DNA of 24,632 nt from a virus (Duplodnaviria; Caudoviricetes). This document shows, piece by piece, positions 1 to 9,116 of this stretch. Position 1 is the first letter of the stretch; every line of letters begins with the position of its first letter. Below the pieces are notes generated by a model that saw only the letters and a program-made list of their open reading frames with translations, did no database searches and was not told the DNA's origin. The stretch covers positions 1-24,632 of the IMG/VR virus record IMGVR_UViG_3300051212_000147; one strand, 5' to 3'. Both the position numbers and the translations under genes were made by a program.

Positions 1-1200
1 GAACCTACAGCAACCTTAAATTTACCGCAGATGAATCTGGTTCTGGAACAATCACTGTTACTGGAACAGCAATTGAATCACAGACAGATATTGCTCTACC
101 AGGCACTGGTTCTCTATTCGGATTTGGCGGTTCCGCCGAATCGATTGGTGTCAACCCACCAGACAATACAACTTTATTTGTTGCATCTGGAACTTATAGC
201 AACCTCAAGTTCACTGCAGTTGAATCTGGTTCAGGAACAATCACTGTTACTGGAACAGCAATTCAGAAGATTACAAATGACTACGTTGGTCTAGCAACGT
301 TAGAAATTTCTACATCAACGACAGAATCTCAAACCAATATTGCTCTACCAGGCACTGGTTCTCTGTTTGGATTTGGTGGTTCATCAGAATCTACTGGAGT
401 CAACCCACCAGACAACACAACTCTATTTGTTGCATCTGGAACTTACAGCAATCTCAAAGCAGTTAAGGATTACGAAGGTTCTGGTGACATATTTGCTATT
501 TCTGGTTCTGCTTCAAGTGTTTCGTTCAACCCACCAGATATTACAACTTTATTTGATATTGCTGGAACTGCAACAGAATCTCAAACAAATATTGCTCTAC
601 CAGGCTCTGGTTCTATCGGAACTCTATCTGGTGGAGCAGAAAGAGTTACCTTTAATCCACCAGAAGATACACAACTCTTCAGTGTCGCTGGTGCTTATAG
701 CAACTTCGCATTTGTTGTTAGAGAAATTGCATCTGGAAACACCACAATTTCTGGAACTGCAATTGAGAAGCATACTGATGTTGCATCTGGTTCAGGAACA
801 ACTACTCTATCAGGAACTGCAACAGAATCTCAGACAGATACTGCACTTCCTGGTTCTGGTTCTCTATTCACTGCATCTGGTTCCGCCGAAGCATTCGGCG
901 TTAATCCACCCGAAGATACTGCACTATTTGCAGTTGATGTCACATATAGTGACTTCAAGGTAGTCAAGAGTTACGTTGGTTCTGGCGAATTCTCTGCTCT
1001 ATCGGGTGCAGTTGTTGTTGCAACCATCAGTGAAATTGGAGTTGGATTGTTTGATGTTGGCAACACTGCTACAGAAAGCACAACATACAAATCAATTGAT
1101 GGTTCTGGAACTCTCTTCACATTATCAGAAGCAACTGAAAGCACAACGGTCAACCCTCCAGAAGATACTGCTCTATTTGGTATTTCTGGAAATGCTACCG
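1..1200 (+). repeat. Intragenic degenerate tandem repeats
   Basis: The 30-mer ggaacaatcactgttactggaacagcaatt is identical at 45-74 and 234-263, and the 28-mer atattgctctaccaggcactggttctct is identical at 88-115 and 337-364. The protein motif NPP(D/E)xTxLF occurs six times. Confidence 0.9.
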
Positions 1201-1595
1201 AAAAATCGGCATTACTATATTATGGCGGTGAAATGGTTATCATCGGTTCGGGTGATTCAATCTTCGCTAGAGCACTTGTTCCTCAGCAAGGTAGTGGAGA
1301 AATATTTGTTGAGGGAGATTCTGTTGACAAGTGGGAAAAACTTTTCAGAGCACAGGGTTCTGGTTCTCTATATGGATTCTCTGGTGCTGCAGAAACTACA
1401 ACAAATGTTCCTCCACAAGACACTTATGTTGAAGGAGAGACAGGAGTTCCTGATAGAGAATTCTTATTCTTTGTTCATGGTTCCTCAAGAATTAAACGTT
1501 CAATTACATCAGATAATACTATTGTAATAAATACATCAGGAACTGGAGTTATTGGCACCGAGCTCCCAGAAAGAGTATTTGTGACAATTATCTAA
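1..1595 (+). CDS. 5'-truncated repeat-rich (Gly/Ser/Thr) putative virion structural/fibre protein, at least 530 aa in the window
   Basis: By manual translation, frame 3 is open from nt 3 (TYSNLKFTADESGSGTITVTGTAIESQTDIALPGTGSLFGFGG...) to TAA at 1593-1595. The listed 1047..1595 ORF is only its C-terminal part. It has recurrent GSG and NPPxxTxLF motifs and lies just upstream of the fibre/neck cluster. Confidence 0.8.
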   Translation, partial: TYSNLKFTADESGSGTITVTGTAIESQTDIALPGTGSLFGFGGSAESIGVNPPDNTTLFVASGTYSNLKFTAVESGSGTITVTGTAIQKITNDYVGLATLEISTSTTESQTNIALPGTGSLFGFGGSSESTGVNPPDNTTLFVASGTYSNLKAVKDYEGSGDIFAISGSASSVSFNPPDITTLFDIAGTATESQTNIALPGSGSIGTLSGGAERVTFNPPEDTQLFSVAGAYSNFAFVVREIASGNTTISGTAIEKHTDVASGSGTTTLSGTATESQTDTALPGSGSLFTASGSAEAFGVNPPEDTALFAVDVTYSDFKVVKSYVGSGEFSALSGAVVVATISEIGVGLFDVGNTATESTTYKSIDGSGTLFTLSEATESTTVNPPEDTALFGISGNATEKSALLYYGGEMVIIGSGDSIFARALVPQQGSGEIFVEGDSVDKWEKLFRAQGSGSLYGFSGAAETTTNVPPQDTYVEGETGVPDREFLFFVHGSSRIKRSITSDNTIVINTSGTGVIGTELPERVFVTII

Positions 1596-1598
1596 TTC

Positions 1599-1606
1599 TA
1601 TAAATA
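1599..1606 (+). promoter_or_regulatory. T4-type (gp55) late promoter TATAAATA
   Basis: Exact T4 late consensus in the intergenic gap, followed by SD GAGG and ATG at 1643. Confidence 0.85.
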
Positions 1607-1642
1607 TAAGAAGCAAGAATGTAATTTAGAGGAAATTTCTCA

Positions 1643-4600
1643 ATGGCAAGAAAAGTTCATTTAGACACTGGTTATATCTTTGTTCCATCAGCGAACAGAA
1701 TTACTATTGATAAGGCCATTCCCCGTGAAAAGCTTTTATTAATCACAAACCTAAACACAAATACGGTAGTTTTCAATTTCTCTGATCCTAACCTAAGGGT
1801 TGCTTCTTATACAAGAACAAGAGATACTCAAATTGCTGTTACTGGAACTCCAGGTTCAACTTCGGTAACCAACCTATGGCCACAGGTTACCCCAGTTGTT
1901 GGTCAAAGAATTACTGGTTATGGTATCCCAGCAAATACATATATTACTGCTGTATCAGGAACTACACTAACATTAAGTGCAGCAACGACAGCTGATCCAT
2001 ATTTAAATGCTCATACACCAGCAACAATTTTTGGAACTATTATTGTTCTAAATTACAATACCGCTGGAATGAATGCATCTGATAAACTTCAGATTTTTGT
2101 AGATGAGTATGAAGAGACCATTAGACCTGCAGAGGTTTTAATGGACCCAGTATCGAAGATGAGAGTTTCTACTCCACAGGCTCTTATCGATACTGACTTT
2201 GAATATGGTCTCCAACCAACTAAGTGGGAATCACTTCAGACGATTGCAAACAGACCTTCTTTCTTCACAAACGCAACTACTCCAGTTGTATTTTTTGAAG
2301 CAAACACTGTTAACACATCACGTACTGTTACAGTAAGAGCAAGAACTCAAATTACAGGAACAATTACTTCCACAACTGCTGGAACTGCAGTAACTGGTAC
2401 TGGAACGTTATTTACTTCACAAACAAAAGTTGGTAGTATTCTTTACGATAACACAGGAGCATTAATTGGTGCAGTTGCTTCTATCACCAATGACACATCA
2501 TTAACTTTAAAGAGAAATGGTGTAACTGCAACAACAAACGGAAATGGTTTTGTGTCTGGTCAGCGTTTCTTTGATAATGGCGCTCCTGGATCAGGAATTT
2601 TCAGCCCAACAGGAAACCTTGCTGCTGTAACTGGAGGAGCTACTACTGTAACTGCTGGTAACTCAGCAACAAGATTTTTATCTGAAGTAAGAGTTGGAGA
2701 TAGATTATACAATGAAACTGGAGCATTTATTGGCACTGTTACTGCTATCGCTTCCGATAGCTCTCTATCAATCACTGCTGCTTCTAACGCTGTATCGGCA
2801 AATACTATATTTTATCTATCACAGTATACTCCTGGAAACCCAATTTTTAGTCAGTATTTAACTAATAGTGATGCAAATGGTTCTTTCCTAATCAACGGAA
2901 CAAACTCTGGTTCTGCTACTCCAACGCTAGCACAATCTGTTGATTTCACATATGATATGGAAGCAGCAGCAACATCCACTGGAAACATTTTAGATTCACC
3001 AAACTCATACATCTATCCTGGTTACTTCTATAGTGGTCAACAAATCGGTGGATCGACACAAGTAACATTTGCTACAGATGCTGCTGCAACTAACTCAACT
3101 ATCACTGTAACTACTGGAGCACCACATGGTCTACAACCTGGATGCCCAATCTTTGTTGTAAATACAAACACAACTGCAGCAAATGGTAACTGGTATGTTG
3201 CAAGAGTTACTTCACCAACTGCATTTGAATATGTAACTCAAGCAACAGTTGGAACTGCACCAACTGGAGGTCAAGTATATACCAGACCTGTTGGAGGAAC
3301 ACTACACAGACCATTTGATGGTGGTCTAAAGATTTCTACTGGAACAAACTCACCTTTCGCAGCATTAATTAGACAGTCAAGAAGATACTTCCGTTACCAA
3401 TCTGGTAAGGGTATGCAGTTTAGCACAGGTACGATTCTAAGACCTTCGCTATCTGTAGATAGTTTAGTTTCTAACGGAACTACAGTTCTAGTCACTTGCA
3501 AAGAACCTCACTTCCTATATCCTGGCGCTCAAGTGTCAGTTTCTGGTGCTACTTCAACTAGCGGTAGTTTTAACGGAACTTTTGCAGTTCTTGCTGAAGG
3601 TCTATCAAATACTACATTCCGTTATACACCAACCTCTGCTCCAACATCTCAAACTGCTGGTGGATTCCCAATTAACATTGCTGTCACTAACTGGACAAAT
3701 GCTAACACTCGTCTTGGTATGTTTGACAATCAAAACGGTTTCTACTTCCGTTTTGATGGTTCTACACTATATACTTGCCGTCGTTCTTCTATCGATCAAT
3801 TGGCAGGAACTGTTCGAGTTACCAACGGAAGTGGAACTGTTACTGGATTAAATACTCGTTTTACTTCTCAACTAAAACCAGGAAATAATGTTGTTATTCG
3901 CGGACAGACGTACTTCATAACTGGTATCACATCAGATACCGCAATGACAATTGCACCAGAATACAGAGGAACAACTATTGCTTCGCCATCATCTGCGTTT
4001 ATCAGTAAGACAATTGATTATGAAGTTCCTTCAACTGATTGGAATATTGATACATGTGATGGCAATGGTCCTTCTGGTTTCAACTTAGACCTAACCAGAA
4101 TGCAGATGTTCTACATCGACTATTCATGGTATGGTGCTGGTGCTATTCGTTTTGGTTTCAAAGACCAGCGTGGCGAAGTAATTTACTGCCATAGAATTAC
4201 TCACGCTAATACCAGAACAGAAGCATACATGAGATCTGGTAACATGCCAGCTCGTTATCAGACAGATACGATTCCATACGGAACTATTCTGTCAGCAACA
4301 CTTTCTTCGGCAACTACCACTGGAGGAACAATTTCTGTTCAAGATACCACTGGATTCCCATCATCTGGTTATGCTTGGATTGTTCCACCTACTGGTCTTC
4401 CTGAATTAATTTCATATAGCAGTAAAACAGCAACATCATTAACAATTGCATCACGAACTCTTGCTGGTGCTTCTCTAGCAAGTTCAACGACTACTGCTGG
4501 TAGTAACGCGGTAACTGTTTCATCTAGTGCTGCCATTGGGCTTTACATGCATGTTCATGGTCCTGGTATTCCAGTAGGAACATATGTAGTTGGAATTAGT

Positions 4601-5356
4601 GGAACAACTGTTTATTTAAGTAATAATGCTACCGCATCCGCATCAGGAACTGCAACTCTTGTCTTCAAAGCAGCAGGTGCTACTGCCGCACAAACGTTTA
4701 CTTTCTCGGCAAGTACCCCAATTGCAGTTTATTCATACGGTCCAACCTTTGCTCCAAACATCAGTCACTGGGGTTCATCTGTAATCATGGATGGTAGATA
4801 TGACGATGATAAATCGCTCATCTTTACCGCTGGTATGCAGACAGCTTTGGCAATTACATCTGGTAACACTAATGCTCTGGTTAGCATTCGTGTTGCTCCA
4901 TCGGTAGATTCTGGAAACGTTGGTCTTTTAGGTCTCAAGGAACTTATTAACAGAATGCAATTAACTCTCGCTTCTGTTGGTTGTTCTGCTGACGGAAGAT
5001 TCCTAATTGATGTTAGATTGAATGGTCAAGTTTCTGGCGGAACATGGCAGAACTTTGGTGGATCATCACTTGCACAAGTGTGCTTCCACGCTACTGGTAC
5101 TTCAATTTCTGGTGGAGAATCTATTTACTCATTCTTCAGCAATAGCACGGGTGGAGCGCAGTTTACTGTTACCACAGCAGACCTCGCAAAAGCAAGAGAT
5201 TTGGGCAACTGTATTTTAGGTGGCGGAACATCTTCAAACGTAGCACAAACACTATTCCCAGACGGTCCTGATATGATTACAATCGTTGCTAGAAACATTG
5301 ATTCTGGTTCTAAGTCCATCAACGCTCGTATTTCTTGGACTGAGGCACAGGCATAA
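1643..5356 (+). CDS. 1237-aa modular tail fibre/appendage-like structural protein
   Basis: Thr/Gly/Ser-rich with repeated small beta modules (GTVxxTxGxxxVTG..FTS; TVTT..PHGL..G; GxGIP..TY..SGTT..LS). It has an aromatic-rich core (RQSRRYFRYQSGKG, WNIDTCDGNGPSG, IDYSWYGAG), a late promoter upstream, and lies directly before g13. Confidence 0.75.
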   Translation: MARKVHLDTGYIFVPSANRITIDKAIPREKLLLITNLNTNTVVFNFSDPNLRVASYTRTRDTQIAVTGTPGSTSVTNLWPQVTPVVGQRITGYGIPANTYITAVSGTTLTLSAATTADPYLNAHTPATIFGTIIVLNYNTAGMNASDKLQIFVDEYEETIRPAEVLMDPVSKMRVSTPQALIDTDFEYGLQPTKWESLQTIANRPSFFTNATTPVVFFEANTVNTSRTVTVRARTQITGTITSTTAGTAVTGTGTLFTSQTKVGSILYDNTGALIGAVASITNDTSLTLKRNGVTATTNGNGFVSGQRFFDNGAPGSGIFSPTGNLAAVTGGATTVTAGNSATRFLSEVRVGDRLYNETGAFIGTVTAIASDSSLSITAASNAVSANTIFYLSQYTPGNPIFSQYLTNSDANGSFLINGTNSGSATPTLAQSVDFTYDMEAAATSTGNILDSPNSYIYPGYFYSGQQIGGSTQVTFATDAAATNSTITVTTGAPHGLQPGCPIFVVNTNTTAANGNWYVARVTSPTAFEYVTQATVGTAPTGGQVYTRPVGGTLHRPFDGGLKISTGTNSPFAALIRQSRRYFRYQSGKGMQFSTGTILRPSLSVDSLVSNGTTVLVTCKEPHFLYPGAQVSVSGATSTSGSFNGTFAVLAEGLSNTTFRYTPTSAPTSQTAGGFPINIAVTNWTNANTRLGMFDNQNGFYFRFDGSTLYTCRRSSIDQLAGTVRVTNGSGTVTGLNTRFTSQLKPGNNVVIRGQTYFITGITSDTAMTIAPEYRGTTIASPSSAFISKTIDYEVPSTDWNIDTCDGNGPSGFNLDLTRMQMFYIDYSWYGAGAIRFGFKDQRGEVIYCHRITHANTRTEAYMRSGNMPARYQTDTIPYGTILSATLSSATTTGGTISVQDTTGFPSSGYAWIVPPTGLPELISYSSKTATSLTIASRTLAGASLASSTTTAGSNAVTVSSSAAIGLYMHVHGPGIPVGTYVVGISGTTVYLSNNATASASGTATLVFKAAGATAAQTFTFSASTPIAVYSYGPTFAPNISHWGSSVIMDGRYDDDKSLIFTAGMQTALAITSGNTNALVSIRVAPSVDSGNVGLLGLKELINRMQLTLASVGCSADGRFLIDVRLNGQVSGGTWQNFGGSSLAQVCFHATGTSISGGESIYSFFSNSTGGAQFTVTTADLAKARDLGNCILGGGTSSNVAQTLFPDGPDMITIVARNIDSGSKSINARISWTEAQA

Positions 5357-5360
5357 TCTT

Positions 5361-5385
5361 TATAAATACAACCTAATTATAAATA
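5361..5385 (+). promoter_or_regulatory. Two tandem late promoters TATAAATA (5361-5368 and 5378-5385)
   Basis: Two exact consensus matches, offset by 17 nt, upstream of g13. Confidence 0.8.
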
Positions 5386-5412
5386 CCTCTAGGAAACTAG
5401 GGGTATTTTTTT
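5381..5412 (+). terminator. Intrinsic terminator-like hairpin after the fibre gene, overlapping the g13 promoter and RBS
   Basis: aaatacctctag-GAAA-ctaggggtattt stem (one G-U pair) with a GNRA loop, running into a T7 tract at 5406-5412. Confidence 0.8.
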
Positions 5413-6219
5413 ATGGCTAAACCCGCTACGAGGGAAGAACTAAAAGAATACTGTCTCAGAAAATTGGGTGCTCCCGTTCTAGAAATTAACGTAGATGACG
5501 ACCAGATTGAAGATGCTCTAGACGATACATTTCAATTTTTCCAAGAACGTCATTTCGATGGCATGGAAAAGATGCACCTCAAGCATGTATTAACTGAGGC
5601 AGAAGTCAACAGGTTCAAAACAAACAATATCACACATACAGCTCCCAACGGTGACGTGTGGACAGAGCGTGGTAACTACATCGAACTTCCCGACCACATT
5701 ATTGGTGTGGAAAAAATCTTTGGTGTAACGTCAAGCAGCATTCGTGGAGACCTATTTGGTATTGAATATCAAATTTTCCTCAACGACCTCTATGCTTTTG
5801 GTTCAATTGACATTCTAAACTACTACATGGTTAAGAGTTATATCGAAACTCTTGACATGGTTCTGAATACTGGTTCACTCATTCAATTTAGATTTACCAA
5901 GCGTAATGGTAAACTCTACATTGACTACGACCCAGCGATGTTAACAAAGAATAAGATTCTAATTATTGAGTGCTACCGCGCTCTCAATCCACAAGACCTT
6001 CCAAAAATTTATAATGACTTCTGGGTAAAGCGTTATGCTACCGCTGCTATCAAAAAGCAGTGGGGTCAGAATCTAATCAAATTTAATAACGTTCAGTTGC
6101 CTGGTGGCGTTCAAATCAACGGGCGTCAAATTTATGAGGATGCAATTAGAGAAATTGATGATATTGAATCTAAGATTATCTCGGATTACGAACTCCCACC
6201 ACTAGACATGATTGGTTGA
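5413..6219 (+). CDS. gp13: Neck protein gp13
   Basis: N-terminal REELKEYCLRKLGAPVLEINVDDDQ and C-terminal KKQWGQNLIKF..QLPGGV..NG motifs; first gene of the g13-g15 block. Confidence 0.95.
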   Translation: MAKPATREELKEYCLRKLGAPVLEINVDDDQIEDALDDTFQFFQERHFDGMEKMHLKHVLTEAEVNRFKTNNITHTAPNGDVWTERGNYIELPDHIIGVEKIFGVTSSSIRGDLFGIEYQIFLNDLYAFGSIDILNYYMVKSYIETLDMVLNTGSLIQFRFTKRNGKLYIDYDPAMLTKNKILIIECYRALNPQDLPKIYNDFWVKRYATAAIKKQWGQNLIKFNNVQLPGGVQINGRQIYEDAIREIDDIESKIISDYELPPLDMIG

Positions 6220-6220
6220 T

Positions 6221-7135
6221 ATGGCAAAAAGCGTACACTTTCCACAATACGGTGGAGTCAATACAGAGCAAGGATTAGTTCAAGATTTGGTTGACGAACA
6301 AATCAAATTGTTTGGTATGGATGTATTCTATCTACCAAGACAACTTTTGATAGATAGAACTTTAAATGATATTGTGCTATCAAGATTTAAACAGCATTAT
6401 ATGATTGAAATGATGTTGATTAATACTGAAGGATTTGGTGGTGCTAGTGCTGTTGCAATGTCTAAGTTTGGTTTAGCATTGACAGATGAAATGACTCTTG
6501 CTGTTTCCAAAAGAAGATGGCAATCATTTGTTTCTACAAAGATACAATTGAAAGTTCCCACTAGACCGAATGAAGGTGATTTAATTTATGTTCCAATGAC
6601 AAAGAACACTTACGAAATTAAGTTTGTAGAAAGAGAAGTTCCATTTTATCAATTAGGTAAAAATTATATTTACTCTATGAACTGCGAACTCATGCAACAT
6701 GCAAACACTGAATTTGATACTGGAATTAGTGAGCTTGATAATCTCGATCAAGAATCATATGGATTCTGGATTACTCTTGCAGAAGGAGGAACTGGGTCAT
6801 ACATAGAAGGAGAACAAGTATCTCAAACGTATACACCAAACAACGTCAGTGCTCCTGTTACTATTAATGCTACTGTTGCTGACTGGCATCCATTAGACAG
6901 AAAAGTAAAATTAGTTTATTTGAATGGTGCTGGAGATATTCAATCTGGTATTCCTTTGATTGGTGAAGATAGTGGAGCAAGTTGGATTCCTGATACTTTC
7001 TCTACACTTGATATAGATATTAAAAATAATGAAAACAATCAAAATAAATACTTTGAAGATAATGCCGATGATATAATTGACTTTACAGAAGGCAATCCAT
7101 TTGGCGAATTTGGAAATATGGGAGATGAATTCTAA
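6221..7135 (+). CDS. gp14: Neck protein gp14
   Basis: EQxLVQDLVDEQIKLFGMDVFYLPR, RPNEGDLIYVP, PFYQLGK and DFTEGNPFG motifs. ATG 6221 just after the g13 stop is preferred over the TTG at 6212. Confidence 0.95.
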   Translation: MAKSVHFPQYGGVNTEQGLVQDLVDEQIKLFGMDVFYLPRQLLIDRTLNDIVLSRFKQHYMIEMMLINTEGFGGASAVAMSKFGLALTDEMTLAVSKRRWQSFVSTKIQLKVPTRPNEGDLIYVPMTKNTYEIKFVEREVPFYQLGKNYIYSMNCELMQHANTEFDTGISELDNLDQESYGFWITLAEGGTGSYIEGEQVSQTYTPNNVSAPVTINATVADWHPLDRKVKLVYLNGAGDIQSGIPLIGEDSGASWIPDTFSTLDIDIKNNENNQNKYFEDNADDIIDFTEGNPFGEFGNMGDEF

Positions 7136-7932
7136 TGTTAGGTAATCATTTTTATCACGGTATTATAAGAAAAACTGTGATTGGGTTTGGAACTTTATTT
7201 AACAATATTCAAATTGTAACAAAAGACCCAGAAACTGGAGCAGTTATTCGCAAAGAAAAAGTTCCCATTGCGTATGGGCCAAAGTCAAAGTTTCTTGCTC
7301 GTCTAGAACAAGACCCATCCACAGAAAAGAAAGTAAGTATCACGATGCCTCGTCTCTCATTTGAGATGACTAATCTAACTTACGACCCTTCAAGAAAGGG
7401 AAGCCCCATTCAGAAGTATATGAAAACTGATAGTGGAGAGAGTGTAAAAACTCAATACATGCCAGTTCCATATAATATTAATTTTGAATTAGGTATTCTT
7501 GCAATCTCTCAAGACGACGCCCTACAGATTCTTGAGCAAATCATACCATACTTCCAACCAAATTTCAACATCACAATGGAACTCATTCCAGACATGGATG
7601 AGAAAAAAGATATTCCATTTGTATTAAATGGTATTGATTATGAAGATGATTATGAAGATGACATGCTTCGCCGCAGAAGTATCACATATACTTTGACGTT
7701 TACAGCAAAGACATATCTCTACGGTCCTGTAACTCAGAGCGAGATTATTCGTAAGGCAACTGTTTACGAAAGGCTTGGTGACCTACAACAAAGCAGAAGA
7801 GTTTTACGTTATGACGTATCCGCACAGGCGCTTGAAGATATGGATAATGATGGAGATATCGATAGCACGGATAATTCATTACTGATGCCAGATGATGACT
7901 TTGGATTCAATGAGGGTATTACATTACTATGA
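7135..7932 (+). CDS. gp15: Tail sheath stabiliser / tail terminator gp15
   Basis: FYHxIIRKTVIGFGTLFNNI, VPIAYGPKxKFLARL, MPVPYNI and QILEQIIPYFQP motifs; TAATG overlap with g14. Confidence 0.95.
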   Translation: MLGNHFYHGIIRKTVIGFGTLFNNIQIVTKDPETGAVIRKEKVPIAYGPKSKFLARLEQDPSTEKKVSITMPRLSFEMTNLTYDPSRKGSPIQKYMKTDSGESVKTQYMPVPYNINFELGILAISQDDALQILEQIIPYFQPNFNITMELIPDMDEKKDIPFVLNGIDYEDDYEDDMLRRRSITYTLTFTAKTYLYGPVTQSEIIRKATVYERLGDLQQSRRVLRYDVSAQALEDMDNDGDIDSTDNSLLMPDDDFGFNEGITLL

Positions 7933-8342
7933 GTGAATTTGAAAAGAACATGGAAGATATCTTTGATATCAGTATAGAACCAATTGAAAAACAAACTGAA
8001 ATGATTACGCAAGAGAATAACGAAATCACGGTTGATGCCAACAAAGATTATGAATATACCAGAGGGGAGTTATACAGGCTCATCTCACAGGGTCAGGAGG
8101 CGGTGCAAGGTGCCTTAGAGGTTGCTCAGGAGTCAGGGCACCCTAGAGCATATGAAGTCGCTGTGAACGCTATGAAGCAGGTCTCAGACATGACCGATAA
8201 ACTGATTGACTTGCAGCAGAAGATGAAGAATCTCGGCAAGGAAGATAAGAAGTCATCACCAACGACTGTAAACAACACAATGTTTATTGGCACCACTGCT
8301 GATTTACAGAAGATGATTAAAGACGCCGCTAAGAATAAATAG
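7929..8342 (+). CDS. gp16: Terminase small subunit gp16
   Basis: DYEYTRGELY, HPRAYEV and NNTMFIGTTADLQKM motifs; ATGA overlap with g15. Confidence 0.93.
   Translation: MSEFEKNMEDIFDISIEPIEKQTEMITQENNEITVDANKDYEYTRGELYRLISQGQEAVQGALEVAQESGHPRAYEVAVNAMKQVSDMTDKLIDLQQKMKNLGKEDKKSSPTTVNNTMFIGTTADLQKMIKDAAKNK
8334..8341 (+). promoter_or_regulatory. Late promoter variant AATAAATA
   Basis: Overlaps the g16 stop and lies 20 nt before ATG 8362. Confidence 0.6.
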
Positions 8343-8361
8343 AAAATAAACGGAAAAGACA

Positions 8362-8631
8362 ATGAGAATTAAACTATTAGGAACTGCTGTAACCCTCTCA
8401 ACTACACCAAACGTAGTTGGTTCAACTGCTGTTGATATTCTACTTGTTCACGATGCTGGTGGTAATACTGGAAGAACAATCACGCTTTATGAAAATGATG
8501 GAACTACTGTAGTTGGTTCTTTCTACTCCAATCCTGGCACAGAGATTGTTATTCATAAAAAAGCAAATCAAAAATTATCAGTTGATACTGGAACTGATGT
8601 AAGGGCTACGCCGATTGGTTATTTCTCATGA
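8362..8631 (+). CDS. 89-aa beta-rich hypothetical protein, possibly a small virion protein
   Basis: Late promoter and GGA SD upstream; alternating hydrophobic/Thr pattern; ATGA overlap with the next ORF. Confidence 0.75.
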   Translation: MRIKLLGTAVTLSTTPNVVGSTAVDILLVHDAGGNTGRTITLYENDGTTVVGSFYSNPGTEIVIHKKANQKLSVDTGTDVRATPIGYFS

Positions 8632-9098
8632 AAAAGAAAGTTCCTACAGAGAAAGAAATCGCCAAAGAGCATGGTGTGTCAGTCGATTATGTTATCAGAC
8701 AGGCAGAGATTGGTTCTACTATTGAACGCGAACATGTAACTACACACGAAGAGGCATACAATATTGCTCTTCAACATATTATGGAGTTTCCAGATTACTA
8801 TAAGCATTTACTACCCATGGAAGACAAGCTAAAAAAAGAGTGGAAGAAAAAGAAAACCGTCAAAGAAATGTGGGCAATCTGTGAGAATCATGTTGCAGTT
8901 GCTATGGGTAGAGAGATTGATGATGAAGGCGGAATGATTATGAGTCAACTAGATACTATCGAAGATGCAGTCAACCGTCTTCGCTTAGTTGTTAGAAATC
9001 CAAAGATGCAACTACCTGGATGGGTTCAATCTAAAGTAACACTTGCCGCTGATTATATTGACACTGCTGCTGACTACATGACAAGTAAGACAGAGTAA
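8628..9098 (+). CDS. 156-aa two-domain hypothetical protein (DUF5661-like N-terminal half)
   Basis: IEREH..IALQHIMEFPDYY resembles the recalled DUF5661 pattern. The C-terminal half DEGGMIMSQL..WVQSKVTLAADY resembles a helical module recalled from T4-like phage hypotheticals. Confidence 0.7.
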   Translation: MKKKVPTEKEIAKEHGVSVDYVIRQAEIGSTIEREHVTTHEEAYNIALQHIMEFPDYYKHLLPMEDKLKKEWKKKKTVKEMWAICENHVAVAMGREIDDEGGMIMSQLDTIEDAVNRLRLVVRNPKMQLPGWVQSKVTLAADYIDTAADYMTSKTE

Positions 9099-9116
9099 TT
9101 GTGTGTAAATTGTAAC

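Noticed and set aside
1-620. Near-identical repeats as a DGR template/variable pair or a CRISPR array
   Set aside because: Differences are mostly synonymous third-position changes and not adenine-specific. The repeats are in frame, there are no unique spacers, and no RT or cas gene is in the window.
31-1527. Leu/Gln-rich ORFs 31..294, 340..963 and 976..1527
   Set aside because: Shadow frames of the real frame-3 repeat gene; the composition follows from its Thr/Ser/Ala codons.
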